Shown here: piece after piece, positions 13,755 through 26,877 of the stretch
Layout: the number at the start of each line of letters is the position of its first letter
How positions within the stretch are numbered: position 1 is the first letter of the stretch
DNA from: Octopus sinensis
Taxonomy: Eukaryota
Assembly (NCBI RefSeq): GCF_006345805.1
Contig: NC_043012.1
Span: 57,536,001-57,600,000 of the forward strand
Direction of reading: 5' to 3'
Length of the DNA stretch: 64,000 nucleotides
Notes under the pieces: generated by a model
Seen by the model: the letters and a program-made list of their open reading frames with translations, nothing else
What the model was told of the DNA's origin: nothing
The model's database searches: none
Program-made: the position numbers and the translations under genes

Positions 13755-14307
13755 GAGTGACTGTGTGGTAAGTAGATTGCTTACCAACCATATGGTTCCG
13801 GGTTCAGTCACACTGCGTGGCACCTTGGGCAACTGTCTTCTGCTATATCCTCGGGAGCGACCAAAGCCTTGTGAGTGGATTTGGTAGACGAGACGAAAAC
13901 TGAAAGAAGCCCGTCGTATATATGTATATGTATATATATATGTGTGTGTGTGTTTCAGTGTTTGTTCCCCACCATCGCTTGACAACCGATGCTGATGTGT
14001 TTACGTCCCCGTTACTTAGCGGATCGGCAAAACAGACCGATACAATAAGTACTAGGCTTACAAAAGTATAAGTCTTGGGGTCGATTTGCTCGACTAAAGG
14101 CGGTGCTCCAGCATAGCCGCACTCAAATAACTGAATCAAATAAAAGTGTTAAAATAGGTGCGGCTGTGTGGGTTAACGAGTTCGCTTCACGAGCAAGTAG
14201 TTCCGGGTTCGGTCCCACTGCACGGTATTTTATTTATCTATTATAGTTCATTTCTCACCATATGGCACAGTCTTCGTTGTGTTGTGGCATTATATATATA
14301 TAATGTA

Positions 14308-14343
<36 letters not shown>

Positions 14344-14727
14344 CGCAGGAGTGGCTGTGTGGTAAGTAGCTTGCTTACCAACCACATGGTTCCGGGTTCA
14401 GTCCCACTGCGTGGCACCTTGGGAAAGTGCCTTCTATTATAGCCTCGGGCCGACCAAAGCCTTGTGAGTGGATTTGGTAGACGGAAACTGAAAGAAGCCC
14501 GTCGTATATATGTATATATATATATGTGTGTGCGTGTATGTTTGTGTGTCTGTGTTTGTCCCCCTAGCATTGCTTGACAACCGATGCTGGTGTGTTTATG
14601 TCCCCGTCACTTAGAGACCGATAGAATAAGTACTGGGCTTACAAAGAATAAGTCCAGGGGTCGAGTTGCTCGACAAATGACTGGAACAAGTAAAGAGTAT
14701 ATGTACATGTATTTGTGTATGTGTGTG

Positions 14728-14820
<93 letters not shown>

Positions 14821-14930
14821 CGAGTGGCTGTGTGTTAAGATGCTTGCTTCCCAACCACATGATTCCGTGTTCAGTTCCACTGCATGGCACTTTAGGAAAG
14901 TGGTCTGCTATAGCCTCGGGCCCACCAGGA
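13755..14930 (+). mobile_element. Head-to-tail cluster of SINE-B (full copies 13755-14146 and 14341-14698, two partial)
   Basis: Repeated family motifs. Confidence 0.9.
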
Positions 14931-15382
14931 AGGAGTACGCTTAGACAGCTATTTAATAAACGTATTCCTTCCAGTTGACTATTCATTCAACTTTTATTTA
15001 TTACACAAGTTGAATGCCTGAGCCTAGAGTTGGAATACTACCGGCTATTTGGTAATTCTAAGGATGAACGACCTCTATTTTGTACTTTCCAAACTTTGAC
15101 CCTCCATAAATCTTAAATTTTATTTTGGCGCGTATGGAAGCAACTGTCTTCGAAGACTCATATTGTCGTTCAATGCTCGAAATGAGGAGTAGATAGACAG
15201 CCGACGACTGACGAAGGGTCGTTCTTTATGTTACTTCTGTTTTTCATTTGTTTCTCTCGTTGTTTGCGTATTGAACTCATTTGCTTTCGTATTTCATGTT
15301 ATTTACTGTTTGATGACGTTCTGTACCCACATATGCGCGCGCGCGCCTGCGTGTGTGTGTATATATGCACATACATATATGC

Positions 15383-15421
<39 letters not shown>

Positions 15422-15422
<1 letters not shown>

Positions 15423-16685
15423 GAGGGGTGTTCAATAAGTAATGCCCCTGACCCACTTGCAGTTTTTTGATCTAGCTGAAATTTTGCATGTGCAATTATT
15501 TATATCTCTATAGATTAAGTGGCAAATTACAGCTCTGAACTAATTGTGGTTTCCGATTTACAGGTGTTTGAACTGAGTCAAGTGTGAAATGGAGCATGTT
15601 GAGTGTCGAGCAGTGATCCGGTTTTTGTATTTGAAAGGACGCACACCACGGGAGACTTTTGATGAAATGAAAGTAACTTCTGGTGATGATGCCTCATCAT
15701 ATGACCTTGTAAAACGCTGGCATCGTGAATTCAAACATGGTCGGAACTCTGTGGAAACAGCTCCCAGATCTGGTCACCCCCTTCTGCCATTGATGAGGCA
15801 TCTGTCTGTCAAGTTGAGGCTGCCATTTTGGAAGATCGACGCATAGCTATTCGCCAAATAGCCCATGAGGTCAAGATTAGTACCGGGTCTGTGGAAAATA
15901 TCATTCATGACCATTTGCATATGCAAAAGGTGTCTACCAGATGGATTCCCAGGTTGCTCACACCTTTCCAGAAGCAAGAACGCGTCGATTGCTCGAGGAT
16001 GAATTTGGAGATGTGCCAAGAAGATGAGTCAAAATTTTTCAAAAGACTGATGGCATAGGATAAAACCTGGGTCCATCACTATGATCCAGAGACCAAAGCC
16101 CAGTCAATGCAGTGGAAGCACCGTGACTCACCTCCTCCAAAGAAGGCAAGGGTGCAGCCCTCCGCTGGCAAGGTCATGCTTACAGTCTTCTGGGACCAGG
16201 ACGGAGTAGTGAAAACAGATTTCCTGGCAAAGGGTGCCACAATTACAGGAGTCTATTATGCTTCACTTTTGAGGAAATTAAGAGAAGCTATCAAAATCAA
16301 GAGGCGGGGCAAGATCAGCAAAGACATCCTCCTCCTGCAGGACAACGCTCCGATCCACAACTCGCGTGTCGCCAGATCAGAAGCACAGGCGTGCGGCTAT
16401 GAACTCATCCCCCATCCCCCTACTCCCCTGACCTTGCACCCTCTGATTTTCACCTCTTCCCAGCCATGAATTTGTTTTTGAAAGGAAAGCGTTTCCCAGA
16501 TGATGCAGCCTTGATTTCTGAAGTCACGTCGTGGTTGGAGGACCAAGCTGGGGTCTTCTACAAAAACGGTCTTCAGAGCTGCATCAAACGATGGGAGAAA
16601 TGCGTAACTCTGGGTGGTTCCTATGTAGGAAAAGACTAATAACTGTGCCAAGTGTCATTGCTCTACTGCTATGGGAAGTGGGTCG
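15422..16685 (+). mobile_element. Tc1/mariner DD34D transposon, non-functional
   Basis: TA-flanked. 5' TIR CGAGGGGTGTTCAATAAGTAATGCCCCTGACCCACT. The 3' TIR is internally deleted (AGTGGGTC-G). Confidence 0.95.
15589..16639 (+). pseudogene. Mariner transposase pseudogene
   Basis: HTH (RAVIRFL..PRSGHP), WIPRLL, (G)DKTWVHHYDPETK, KVMLTVFWD, QDNAP, YSPDLAPSD with 34 residues between D2 and D3. Two frameshifts (~15781, ~16415) and one in-frame TAG (~16056). Confidence 0.95.
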
Positions 16686-16919
16686 TATATATAATGTATA
16701 TGGGTATAAGTGTTTGTCTCCCCCACCATCTCTTGACAACCGATGTTGGTGTGTTTACGTCTCTGTAACTTAGCGGTTCGGCAAAAGAGACCAGGCTTAC
16801 AAAGAATATGACCTGGTGTCGATTTGTTCGACTAAAGGTGGTGCTCCAGCATGGCCGTAGTCAAATGACGAAAACAAGTGAAAGACTACATACACACACA
16901 CGTATGTATATTTTTAGGT

Positions 16920-17245
16920 GTGGAGGCGCAATGGCCCAGTGGTTAGGACAGCGTACTTGCGGTCGTAGGATTCCTTAACTGGCTCCGGTAGGGGTGGGTG
17001 GGTGGCGAACCATGCTATACTCTTTCACCACAACTTTCTCTCACTCTTCCTGTTTCTGTTGTACCTGTATTTCAAAGGACCAGCCTTGTCACACTCCGTG
17101 TCACGCTGAATCTCCCCGAGAACTACGTTAAGGGTACACGTATCTGTGTAGTGCTCAGCTACTTGCGCGTTAATTTCACGAGCAGGCTGTTCCGTTGATT
17201 GGATCTACTGGAACCCTCGTCGTCGTAACCGACGGAGTGCCACGT
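16920..17245 (+). mobile_element. SINE-C (tRNA-Arg-like head) with 14-bp TSD
   Basis: GGAGGCGCAATGGCCCAGTGGTTAG head and CGTCGTAACCGACGGAGTGCC tail. TSD GTATATTTTTAGGT at 16906-16919 and 17246-17259. Confidence 0.92.
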
Positions 17246-17759
17246 GTATATTTTTAGGTATGTATGTGTGTCTGGCTTCAAGTTCATATCGACCGGTGCG
17301 AAAACTCGGTGTTGTGTCAAGTACTCAACTCAGTTATTCGAGGAACATATATTAAAATAAATAGAAGTATAAAACGAAGCTTCTTAATTCTCATATTACT
17401 TATAATATTGTGCTTTACTTTATTTTGTCTGTTGAAACGATACAAAGATGTCTTCCTCACTGTACCATCTCTTAATCACCAAAATATATATATAGATATA
17501 TTTTGGGAAGAAGACAAGCTTCGGTAGATTTGTCAGAAATTTTTCATATATGATTGTAAAATGTGTGTCAGGAAGACGAGAGATATTGATATGATCTATT
17601 ATGATGAATTGAGGGCGACACAGAGCAAACAAATTAATAGGGGAAAAGAGTTGGTTCGTTTCGGTAAGAATTAATCACATTGCTCACTTTCACTTAACCC
17701 TATACACTCTAGTTTGTCTAGCGAGACAAACTCGGGTGAAAAATGGAAAAAAAGAAAAG

Positions 17760-18066
17760 AAAGAAAAGTAATGTGACGACGACGACGATGACGACTGCGA
17801 CGTCATCTGTGATAAGAGCGAAAACTTTCAGATGAACTCGCGTCCTTTTTTTTGACATTCTTCTTCTTCTTTCTCTTCCTTCTTTCTTCTTCTTCCGTTT
17901 CCTTCTTCTTCTTTCTTTTCCTTCTTCTTCTTTCTTTTCCTTCTTCTTCTTTCTTTTCCTTCTTCTTCTTCTTCTTCTTCTTCTTCTTCTTCTCATTTCT
18001 TTTCCTTCTTTCTCTTCCTTCTTTTCCTTCTTCTTTCTCTTTCTTCTTCTTCTGTCTTTTCCTTCG

Positions 18067-18097
<31 letters not shown>

Positions 18098-18240
18098 GTC
18101 TTTTTTCTTCTTCCTCTTCCCCTCCCTCCTTTACCCCTCCTTTTCTTTCTTACTTTCTTTTCCTCCTCTTTCTCTTCCTTCTGTCTTTTCCTCCTCCTTT
18201 CTTCTTCTTCTTCTTCTTCTTCCACCACCACCACCACCAG
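17760..18240. repeat. (TTC/CTT)-rich low-complexity pyrimidine tract
   Basis: Simple repeats. Confidence 0.95.
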
Positions 18241-18612
18241 TTCATACCCCACTTCCTCCTCCTCCTGTTACTCTGACTAATAAGCAGAAATACGTAAGTG
18301 TATGGTTCGACGGCAGGGTCAGAGATTGAAAGCTGTTCGTGGCGTTTCGGTTATCTATCATTAGCTACTTGTTCGTTACTTCCCAAGATGAATGATGATG
18401 TGTTCAGAACGAAAACTGAGGAACGGGGTAAAAGAAGAAAACAAAAAGAAAAAGCATCAAACGAAGAAACAGAAATGGCAGCATCTTCTCTTCGCTGAAA
18501 ACTGAGAAACGCATCGAATTAAAGACTCGCGTCGATATTAAAGTCTCGTCATATTACAGACAATCAGATTATAGTGAAGGTTTTTTTTTTATTCCACACC
18601 CACCCCCACGAA

Positions 18613-19205
18613 AAGGCAACGAGCTGGTAGAGTCGTTACCATGCTGGACAAAATGATTAGCGGTATTTCATGTGGCTCTTTACGCTCCGAGTTCAAATTC
18701 CGCCGAGGGCGACATCTTTTCAAGGGCGTCAAAATAAGTACCAGTTGAGCAGTGGTGTCGATTTAATCGACTTAACACGTCCCCTGAACTTGCTGGCCTT
18801 ACTCTTTACTCTTTTACTTGTTTCAGTCATTTGACTGCGGCCATGCTGGAGCACCGCCTTTAATCGAGCAACTCGACCCCGGGACTTATTCTTTTGTAAG
18901 CCCAGTACTTATTCTATCGGTCTCTTTTGCCGAACCGCTAAGTAACGGGGACGTAAACACACCAGCATCGGTTGTCAAGCAATGCTAGGGGGACAAACAC
19001 AGACACACAAACACACACACATATATATATACATATATACGACGGGCTTCTTTCAGTTTCCGTCTACCAAATCCACTCACAAGGCATTGGTCGGCCCAGG
19101 GCTATAGCAGAAGACACGTGCCCAAGGTGCCACGCAGTGGGACTGAACCTGGAACCATGTGGTTGGTTAGCAAGCTACTTACCACACAGCCACTCACCAC
19201 ACAGC
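18613..19205. mobile_element. SINE-A (+) joined tail-to-tail with full SINE-B (-)
   Basis: Family motifs. Confidence 0.85.
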
Positions 19206-19785
19206 CACTCCAAAATTATTATTATTATTATTATTGAGTGAGAGAGCAATGCATACCATCAAAGTGACACTTGTGTACAAATATACGAAGCTCAATATAC
19301 CCATCGTGATGACGCGTCTGATAAGGGTACACCAGGAACATGGATCATAATGATATGTGCGCGACATGGTGATTTCATATCAAGATAAACAGCGCATGAC
19401 CTTACAGGTAGGGCCCAGTTAGAATTTTCTTCAGGTCGAGTAGCCCATCCCGCTCAAAGGCCTTTGAATAAGGGTTGTTTAAGGATGTTGAACGAAACAC
19501 TCGTTTCCAAAGGTGAATTATTCAAACCCCAAAGAATTCCTCTCAACACATGGCTATGATGCTCCTTCACTATTTCTGCTCGTGATCAAAGATGCACAAG
19601 GGACATGCTCAGTTGATTAACGTCAAATAACTGACAAGCAAATCTCTGGTACTGAACTGAATATTTGCCGTAGCTCATCTTTTTACTCCATGTCAAACAC
19701 GTGTATCATAACACCTCCAATCAATTAAGATCAGAAGCTATGAGAGCCAGTGCCTTGATTTGCATCAGGGCATTATTATTATTAA

Positions 19786-20152
19786 GAGGTCGACTTTGCC
19801 TTTCGTCCTTTCGGGGTCGATAAATTTAGTACTCGTTGCGTACTGGCGTTGATCTAATCGACTGGCCCCCACCTCCCTCAAAATTTCGGGCCTTGTGCCT
19901 ATAGTAGAAAGGATTATTATTAAGGCGGCAAGACGGTGGAATCCTTAGCATGCTGGACGAAATGCTTAGCGATATTTCACTCGTCGCGACGTTCTGAGTT
20001 CAAATCCCGCCGAGGTCGACTTTGCCTTTCATCCTTTCAGGGTATATAAAAAAAAATACTAGTTGAGGGGTGGGATCGATGTAACCTATTTGTCCCCTCC
20101 CAACAAAATACAGGTCTTGTGCCTTCAGTAGAAAGGATTATTATTATCATCA

Positions 20153-20210
<58 letters not shown>

Positions 20211-20650
20211 GGCAGCGAGCTGACAGAATGTTTTGCATGCCGGGCCAAATGCTTAGCGTATTTTGCCCGTCGCTACGTTCTCAGTTCAGATTCCGCCGAG
20301 GTCGATTTTACCTTTCATCCTTTCGGGGTCGATAACATATGTAGTGGGGTCGATGTAATCGAGTAGTCCCCGCTTCACAATTTCAGGCCTTGTGCCTACA
20401 GTAGAAAGGATTATTATTATTATTATTATTATTATTTTTTTAAGGTGGCGAGAGCTGGCAGAGTTGTTAGCGCGCTGGATGAAATGCTTAGTGGTATTTC
20501 TTCCGGTTTTTTACTTTCTGAGTTCAAATTCCACCGAGGTCAACTTTATCTTTCAGTCTTTCGGGGTCGATGAAATAAGTACCAGTTATGCACTGGGTTT
20601 CGAAAGAATAGACGAACACCACTTCATCTTAAAATCACTGACCTTGTGCT
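19786..20650 (+). mobile_element. Four tandem SINE-A2 copies separated by (ATT)n tails
   Basis: Three of the four end GG(C/T)CTTGTGCCT..AGTAGAAAGGATTATTAT; the fourth (to ~20650) has a degenerate tail. Confidence 0.85.
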
Positions 20651-21236
20651 AGAATTTGCAACCATTATTCCACCCTTCCTTTGTAAGTGATTAACGGAGA
20701 CGAAACCTACAAAGAATTCTCGTTTACGTACAAAGGAAAAATCTGTCTTTGACTCGGATACATTTGGAAATGAATTTAGGTTGTTAAATTTCTAATGAGT
20801 TTGTTGGCACATATCAAATCGTGTTTTGCAAATACTTTGAACTAATTAAAACATAATTTGATATTCACGGGAAATTAATCCAATCTTTTAGTGAGATATT
20901 TATCATCTTTAAATTTCAAGCTTATTATATCAACTTATTGATTGGAAGCTTATGGGAATAAAACGTGAAATTTATGAACGAGACAATTGATCTCTGATAT
21001 AAACATTTCATGTTTAACATTTGAATAAGAGAAAAAATAGCAACATCAGTAACAACTAGATATTGATTCCTGTCCGTTTATCTATTCGTTGTGGAATATT
21101 GGAATATTCGAAGCACGACTGAATACAGTAGATATTTCGTTGTTAAATTAAGAAAATAATACATGTATCCCAAGTTGACAGATGCAGCAAGAAATTACAA
21201 AGTCCTTAAACCTTATTTTATTTTCTGCCGTTGTAG

Positions 21237-21309
21237 AAATCAAGATGCTGGTGATAAAAGAACGAAATTCATACAACATACTGTGAATAAACTTGGCAAA
21301 TATGCAGCT
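21237..21309 (+). CDS. Candidate internal exon (phase 2->0), NQDAGDKRTKFIQHTVNKLGKYAA; protein not recognised
   Basis: Acceptor TTATTTTATTTTCTGCCGTTGTAG and donor GTGAGT. Only one frame open. No similar copy noticed elsewhere in the window. Confidence 0.5.
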
Positions 21310-23054
21310 GTGAGTTTAGAATAAGATTCTGATTAAAACGAAATACGCATGAGAGAGAACTCCCACAGATAAAGAATTCTTTACCCCACAGCAAATATTG
21401 AAGAAATTTTTTATTGCTCTGTGTGAGTCCCGCTCACAGAAACATATTTTACAGGTGTAATCAATAAGTTCACGGAATCTACCTGACCTGATGAATGAAC
21501 CGAAGTGGGTATCGGTAAAAAAAAAAAAAAAGATAAAAATAAAGAAAAAAATGGTAAAATTTCAGTTCGAACGGGAAAAGGACTGTCGAGTTGTAGGTGT
21601 GTGTAACAAGATGAGTCAACGCGAAGACGAAGCGTTATCGATTGGCTTGCACTTTAACAAAGATGCTTTTAGATCCGTTGATAAGAGGAGATTTTTAAGA
21701 TTGAAGTGCCATAGTGTAATTATATATATACCGTCTTCGTTTTCACTTTTCTAAAAGAATTTCTTAGTTTCTTTTTTGAAATTAATTACCTTATCCATTA
21801 AGATTCAGCGGCGACATTCCTTTAGGGTTGTACTAATATTACGTGTAATCATCAGACTTCAGGAATGCAATAAATTGGTAAAAAAATATATATACATAAA
21901 ATGAAATAAAAAAATAAAAAAATCGTGAGACAAAAATAAGTAAACAAACAACAACAAACAACAAATAAACAAACGACATTCTTCCTTTACCCGAACGGAA
22001 GGAAAGATATAGAATACCAAAGAGGAACTGGCTGAAAAATCTGAATCCCTCAGTCTTTGATTATGGCTATGAGTTGGCTGGATTAGTCTTGAAGAGAATC
22101 TCTTATTTCCTCGGCATTTTGATCTTGATATTTTTATCGTTCCTCTTTTACTTGATTCAGTCATAGGACTGCGGCCATGCAGGGGCACCGCCTTAAAAGT
22201 TTTAGTCAAACAAATCGATTAAATCTTTTTTAAAAACCTTTTTAAAGCCTTTTCTTTTTTTTTAAAGCACTTTCTTGTTTTGTTTTTTTTAAGTCTGGTA
22301 CTTAATCTGTGGGATTTTCTTTTTTTCCCGAGCCGCTAAGGTACGGGGATGTAAACAAACCAGCACCGGTTGTCAAGCGGTAGGAGGGGTGGACAAAGTC
22401 ACACACGCATGTTCATATCTATATATACACATATACGTATATAGAGATTGTGATGCATATATACACGCATGGGCTTGACATATAAAATATACATATGTAT
22501 ACACATGTAATATATATATATATATATATATAAGCAAAACTTGAAGATATTCAGATCAACACTCGTGTCTAAACATATAGATATTTATATATTTCCAGAA
22601 CAAATTTACATGTAGTACAAAAACCACCAGAAAACTAAGAGGAGAGGGCATGGTATTTCAGGTCCGACAGCTGTTTAGGAAGGTGGAGGTCGGAATTACG
22701 TAATAGTTGTAATGTTGGCAGATGGATTGTGTAAAATGTCCAAGATATACCACCAGTAGTGGATGCATACAAACGTTACCGTAAATCCCGGCTTCCGTCG
22801 TCAGGGTGGAAAGATAGGCAACTATATATGTATAAATGACGAGCTTCCACACACTTTCCGTTTATCAAATTCATTTATAAGGTATTGCTCAAAACGGAGT
22901 TATAGTATATAACATTTGCCCAAGGCGCCGCGCTGTGCAGTGGGACTGAACTTTAAATCATATGGTTGCAGTGCCAGCTTCTTAACCATACAGCTATCCC
23001 TGCGTCCGATAGAGCTGGTTTTCATCTGTTGACTCTACACCTTATATATCCTTT

Positions 23055-23240
23055 ATCTTGTTTCAGTTATTGGATTGTGCCATTGCTGGGGCACCACCTT
23101 AAAGGGTTTATTAGTCAAACGAATCAACCCTCTTATTTGTTCTTTTAAAGCTTGACTCTGTTGGTCACTTATGCTGAACCGCTAAGTTACTGGAATGTAC
23201 AGAAACCAACGCTAGTTGTCAAGCTATAGTGTGCGTGTGT

Positions 23241-23287
<47 letters not shown>

Positions 23288-23452
23288 TTTGTGGGAGCAG
23301 ATATAAAGACACACTCCCATACATCGGACTTCTTTCGGTTTCCGTCTACCAAATCCACACATAAGGCTTTAGTCGGTCACACAGTACAACTGAACGCAGA
23401 ACCATGTGGCCGAGAAGCTAACTTCTTTATTATACAGCAACACCTGCGCCTC
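23055..23452 (-). mobile_element. Degenerate SINE-B
   Basis: Family motifs. Confidence 0.75.
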
Positions 23453-24877
23453 CGTGTGTGTACGAATGGAGAGCCTGGCTGATTGTATGCATGCAACACA
23501 GAGGGAACTGGCAATTGTTGGCAAGCCGATCGATCCCTGAACAGTGAGAGGACACCTGGCCGGTAGCTGATATATGGTCAGAGAGGTCGTTTCTTACATT
23601 AGATATCTTTCACCATATTCTGCAACGCAGCTTTTTCTTTTCGAAACACGAAGATATAATTCTAGGAAGATATGGCTGCTATTTTTTGCCGGTCATAATT
23701 GAGAAGCTATTTAAATCGGACAAGCGACACATCTGAAGAATCATATTAAATCTTTGACGAAAAACCGCATAATTTGCGAGAACCAGTCTAACAGCGTTAG
23801 AAACACGTCGCACTTATTTTCGGTTTTCAAAACACTTTAACAATGAGAGCACAAGAATAATTACAAGGCAATTACGATCTGTGATTCTTTTACATTTGGA
23901 ATTTAAATAGATTTTTGAGATCTTTATTTTTGCTGAACGCCTATGTTGTCTTCAACGATTTCAATGGAAGTATATTACAATTTAATCGCATTTTATTTTA
24001 TTCTCAAAGAAATAATATGCCATGTTATTTTCTTTCAAAAATGCTGTTTGCAAAATAGAAAAAAAGGAAAGCAAGAAAAAGAGAGAAAATGATTGCATTT
24101 GTGTTGTTTATTGTTGAATTTTTAACTAATTTTTGTAGTTACAAGATATTGTATAAGTGTCATCTTTTAATATATTATGTATATGATATAGGTAATACTT
24201 GCATGCATATATATATTATTATATATTATATATATATATATAATATTATGTGTGTGTGTGTCTCTATCTATCTATCGCTCCCTCCCTCTCTCTCTATATA
24301 TATATATGATGAAAATATATTATTCATATAATATGCACATTTACATATTATATACCTTCACAATATACATGTCTGCCTCTGTGTGTATACGTGTGCATCA
24401 GTAGCACTTGATAACACCTACATACATGCAAACAATCCACATATGTATACACACATGCGCTCCTCCTAGACACATACATATATACTTATATAACGCATGC
24501 ATACATATATGCGTTTAAACATACATTTGTGTCATATATATGTAGATAAATAGGTGTGTGTATATATATATGTAGATATATAGGTGTATATATATATATA
24601 TGTGTATATATATATATACATGTAGATATATAGTAGTGTATATATATGTAGATATATAGGTGTGTGTGTGTGCGTATATATATATATATATGTAGATATA
24701 ATGGTGTGTATATATATATTAAATATATAGGTGTATAATATATATATACACAGACCTATATATGTGTGGGAGTATATACATACATATGTGGAATTATATA
24801 TATATATATATGTATGTATCTATATATATATATAATATATAGACAAACATATATGGAGTATAAATATACATGTGGAG

Positions 24878-24940
<63 letters not shown>

Positions 24941-24974
24941 ATTAAACAGATTAATATGCGATATTTTAGTTCAG

Positions 24975-25037
24975 TTTGTTTGGACGATTACAGGCAAAAA
25001 TGTTACATTTGTTAAAAATATAAGAAAAATCACAGCT
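24975..25037 (+). CDS. Candidate internal exon (phase 0->0), FVWTITGKNVTFVKNIRKITA
   Basis: Acceptor TTTTAGTTCAG and donor GTAAGT. Phase-compatible with neighbouring candidates. Confidence 0.4.
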
Positions 25038-25331
25038 GTAAGTCGACTGTTAGTCTATTATAAAATAGTTTAAAACAGTCAATTTAGCAGTAAGTAATTT
25101 CCATTAAACGCAACTAGAAAAATATAAAAAACAAAGGTAAACAAACAAAAAAGTAATTAAAAAGCAGAAAAGAATGATAGAAACTTAAAAAAAAAAAATT
25201 ATCATTAACAGCTCAAATCAAGTACGTGATAAAAACAGAATTGGAAATCTTATCGTATTTGGTTTTTTTTACATAAGAACAAATAGGAAATTTATTGCTT
25301 CTCTTCGCCATCATATTTTCCCCCTCTTCTA

Positions 25332-25712
25332 TGTGGAGGCGCAATAGCCCAGTGGTTAGGGCAGCGGACTCGCGGTCGTAGGATCGCGGTTTCGATTCCC
25401 AGACCGGGCGTTGTGAGTGTTTATTGAGCGAAAACAACTAAAAAGCTCCACGAGGCTCCGGCAGGGGATGGTGGTGATCCCTGCTGTACTGTTTCACCAC
25501 AACTTTCTCTCACTCTTACTTCCTGTTTCTGTTGTATTTCAAAGGGCCGGCCTTGTCACTCTCTGTGTCACGCTGAATACCCGAGAGAACTACGTTAAGG
25601 GTACACGTGTCTGTGGAGTGCTCAGCCACTTACACGTTAATTTCACGAGCAGGCTGTTCCGTTGATCGGATCAACCGGAACCCTCATCGTCGTAACCGAC
25701 GGAGTGCTTCCA
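25332..25712 (+). mobile_element. Full-length SINE-C
   Basis: Head, body and tail motifs. TSD-like CCCTCTTCTAT. Confidence 0.92.
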
Positions 25713-25766
25713 CTTCCACTTTCCCTCTTCTATAAAGATATTGCTAAAAAACAAACAAAAAACTCA

Positions 25767-26069
25767 AAACCGACAACAAAAATTAGAAGTAAAAAGAAAA
25801 GATGTGAAAAGAACATGGTGGTGTGCTTAAGAAGTTCGCTTTCCAACTACGTGGATTCAGGTTCAATCCTGATGAGGAGGACTTTCAGATCAAGGTGTTT
25901 TCTATTCTAGCGTCAAACCGACAACAAAAATTAAAAGTAAAAAGAAAAGATGTGAAAAGAACATGGTGGTGTGCTTAAGAAGTTCGCTTTCCAACTACGT
26001 GGATTCAGGTTCAGTCCTGATGAGGAGGACTTTCAGATCAAGGTGTTTTCTATTCTAGCGTCAAACCGA
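25767..26069. repeat. 148-bp tandem duplication containing a SINE-B head relic
   Basis: Two near-identical 148-bp units (starts at 25767 and 25915). Confidence 0.9.
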
Positions 26070-26120
26070 TAAATGCCTTGTTTTGGTGAATTCATTAAAC
26101 GGAAATTGTGAAGATGCACA

Positions 26121-26129
<9 letters not shown>

Positions 26130-26154
<25 letters not shown>

Positions 26155-26628
26155 TACATATGTACGTGTGAGTGTCTTTGTGTTTATCCCCTACACTGCT
26201 AGGGAACCGGTATTGGTTTGTTTGCGTTCCTGTAACAGCGGTTCGGTTAAAAAGAAGTGTAGAGTAAATACTAGACTTAAAATAAGTAGTATGGTTGGTT
26301 TGTTTGACTAACTCTACTCGGCGGTGCTCTAGTATGGCCGCAGTCCATGACTGAAAGAATAATTATTATATATATATATTATATATATATATATATATAT
26401 ATTATACATACATAACTTTCACATGTTTCAGTCAGTTGACTGCGGCCATGCTGGAGCTCCGCTTTTGTCGAAGAAATCGACCCAGGACTTATTCTTTGTA
26501 AGCCTAGTACTTATTATATCGGTCTCTTTTGCCGAACCGCTAAGTTTCGGGGACATAAACAACAACATCGGTTGTCAAGCGATGGTGAAGGGACAAACAC
26601 AGACACAAAGATACACACACAAATATAT

Positions 26629-26664
<36 letters not shown>

Positions 26665-26842
26665 AATATTATATATATATATATATATACACGACGGGCT
26701 TCTTTCAGTTTCGTCTACAAATCCACTCACAAGGTCTTGGTCGGCCCCAAGCTATAGTAGACACTTGCCCAAGGTGTCACGCTGTGGATTGAACCTGGAA
26801 CCATGTGGTTGGAAAGCAAGCTTCTTACCACATAGCCACACC

Positions 26843-26877
<35 letters not shown>

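Noticed and set aside
15170-15230. CTGACGAAGGG as hammerhead
   Set aside because: No downstream stem II or GAAAC; at most a PLE relic.
16920-17000. tRNA genes at SINE heads
   Set aside because: A/B boxes are present but there is no acceptor stem or cloverleaf, and they are followed by SINE bodies and TSDs.
21450-21720. Mariner 5' end
   Set aside because: TIR-like start only; no partner TIR and no convincing transposase translation.
25869-26035. CTGATGA words as hammerheads
   Set aside because: No stem II or GAAA; the sequence is a mutated SINE-B head.
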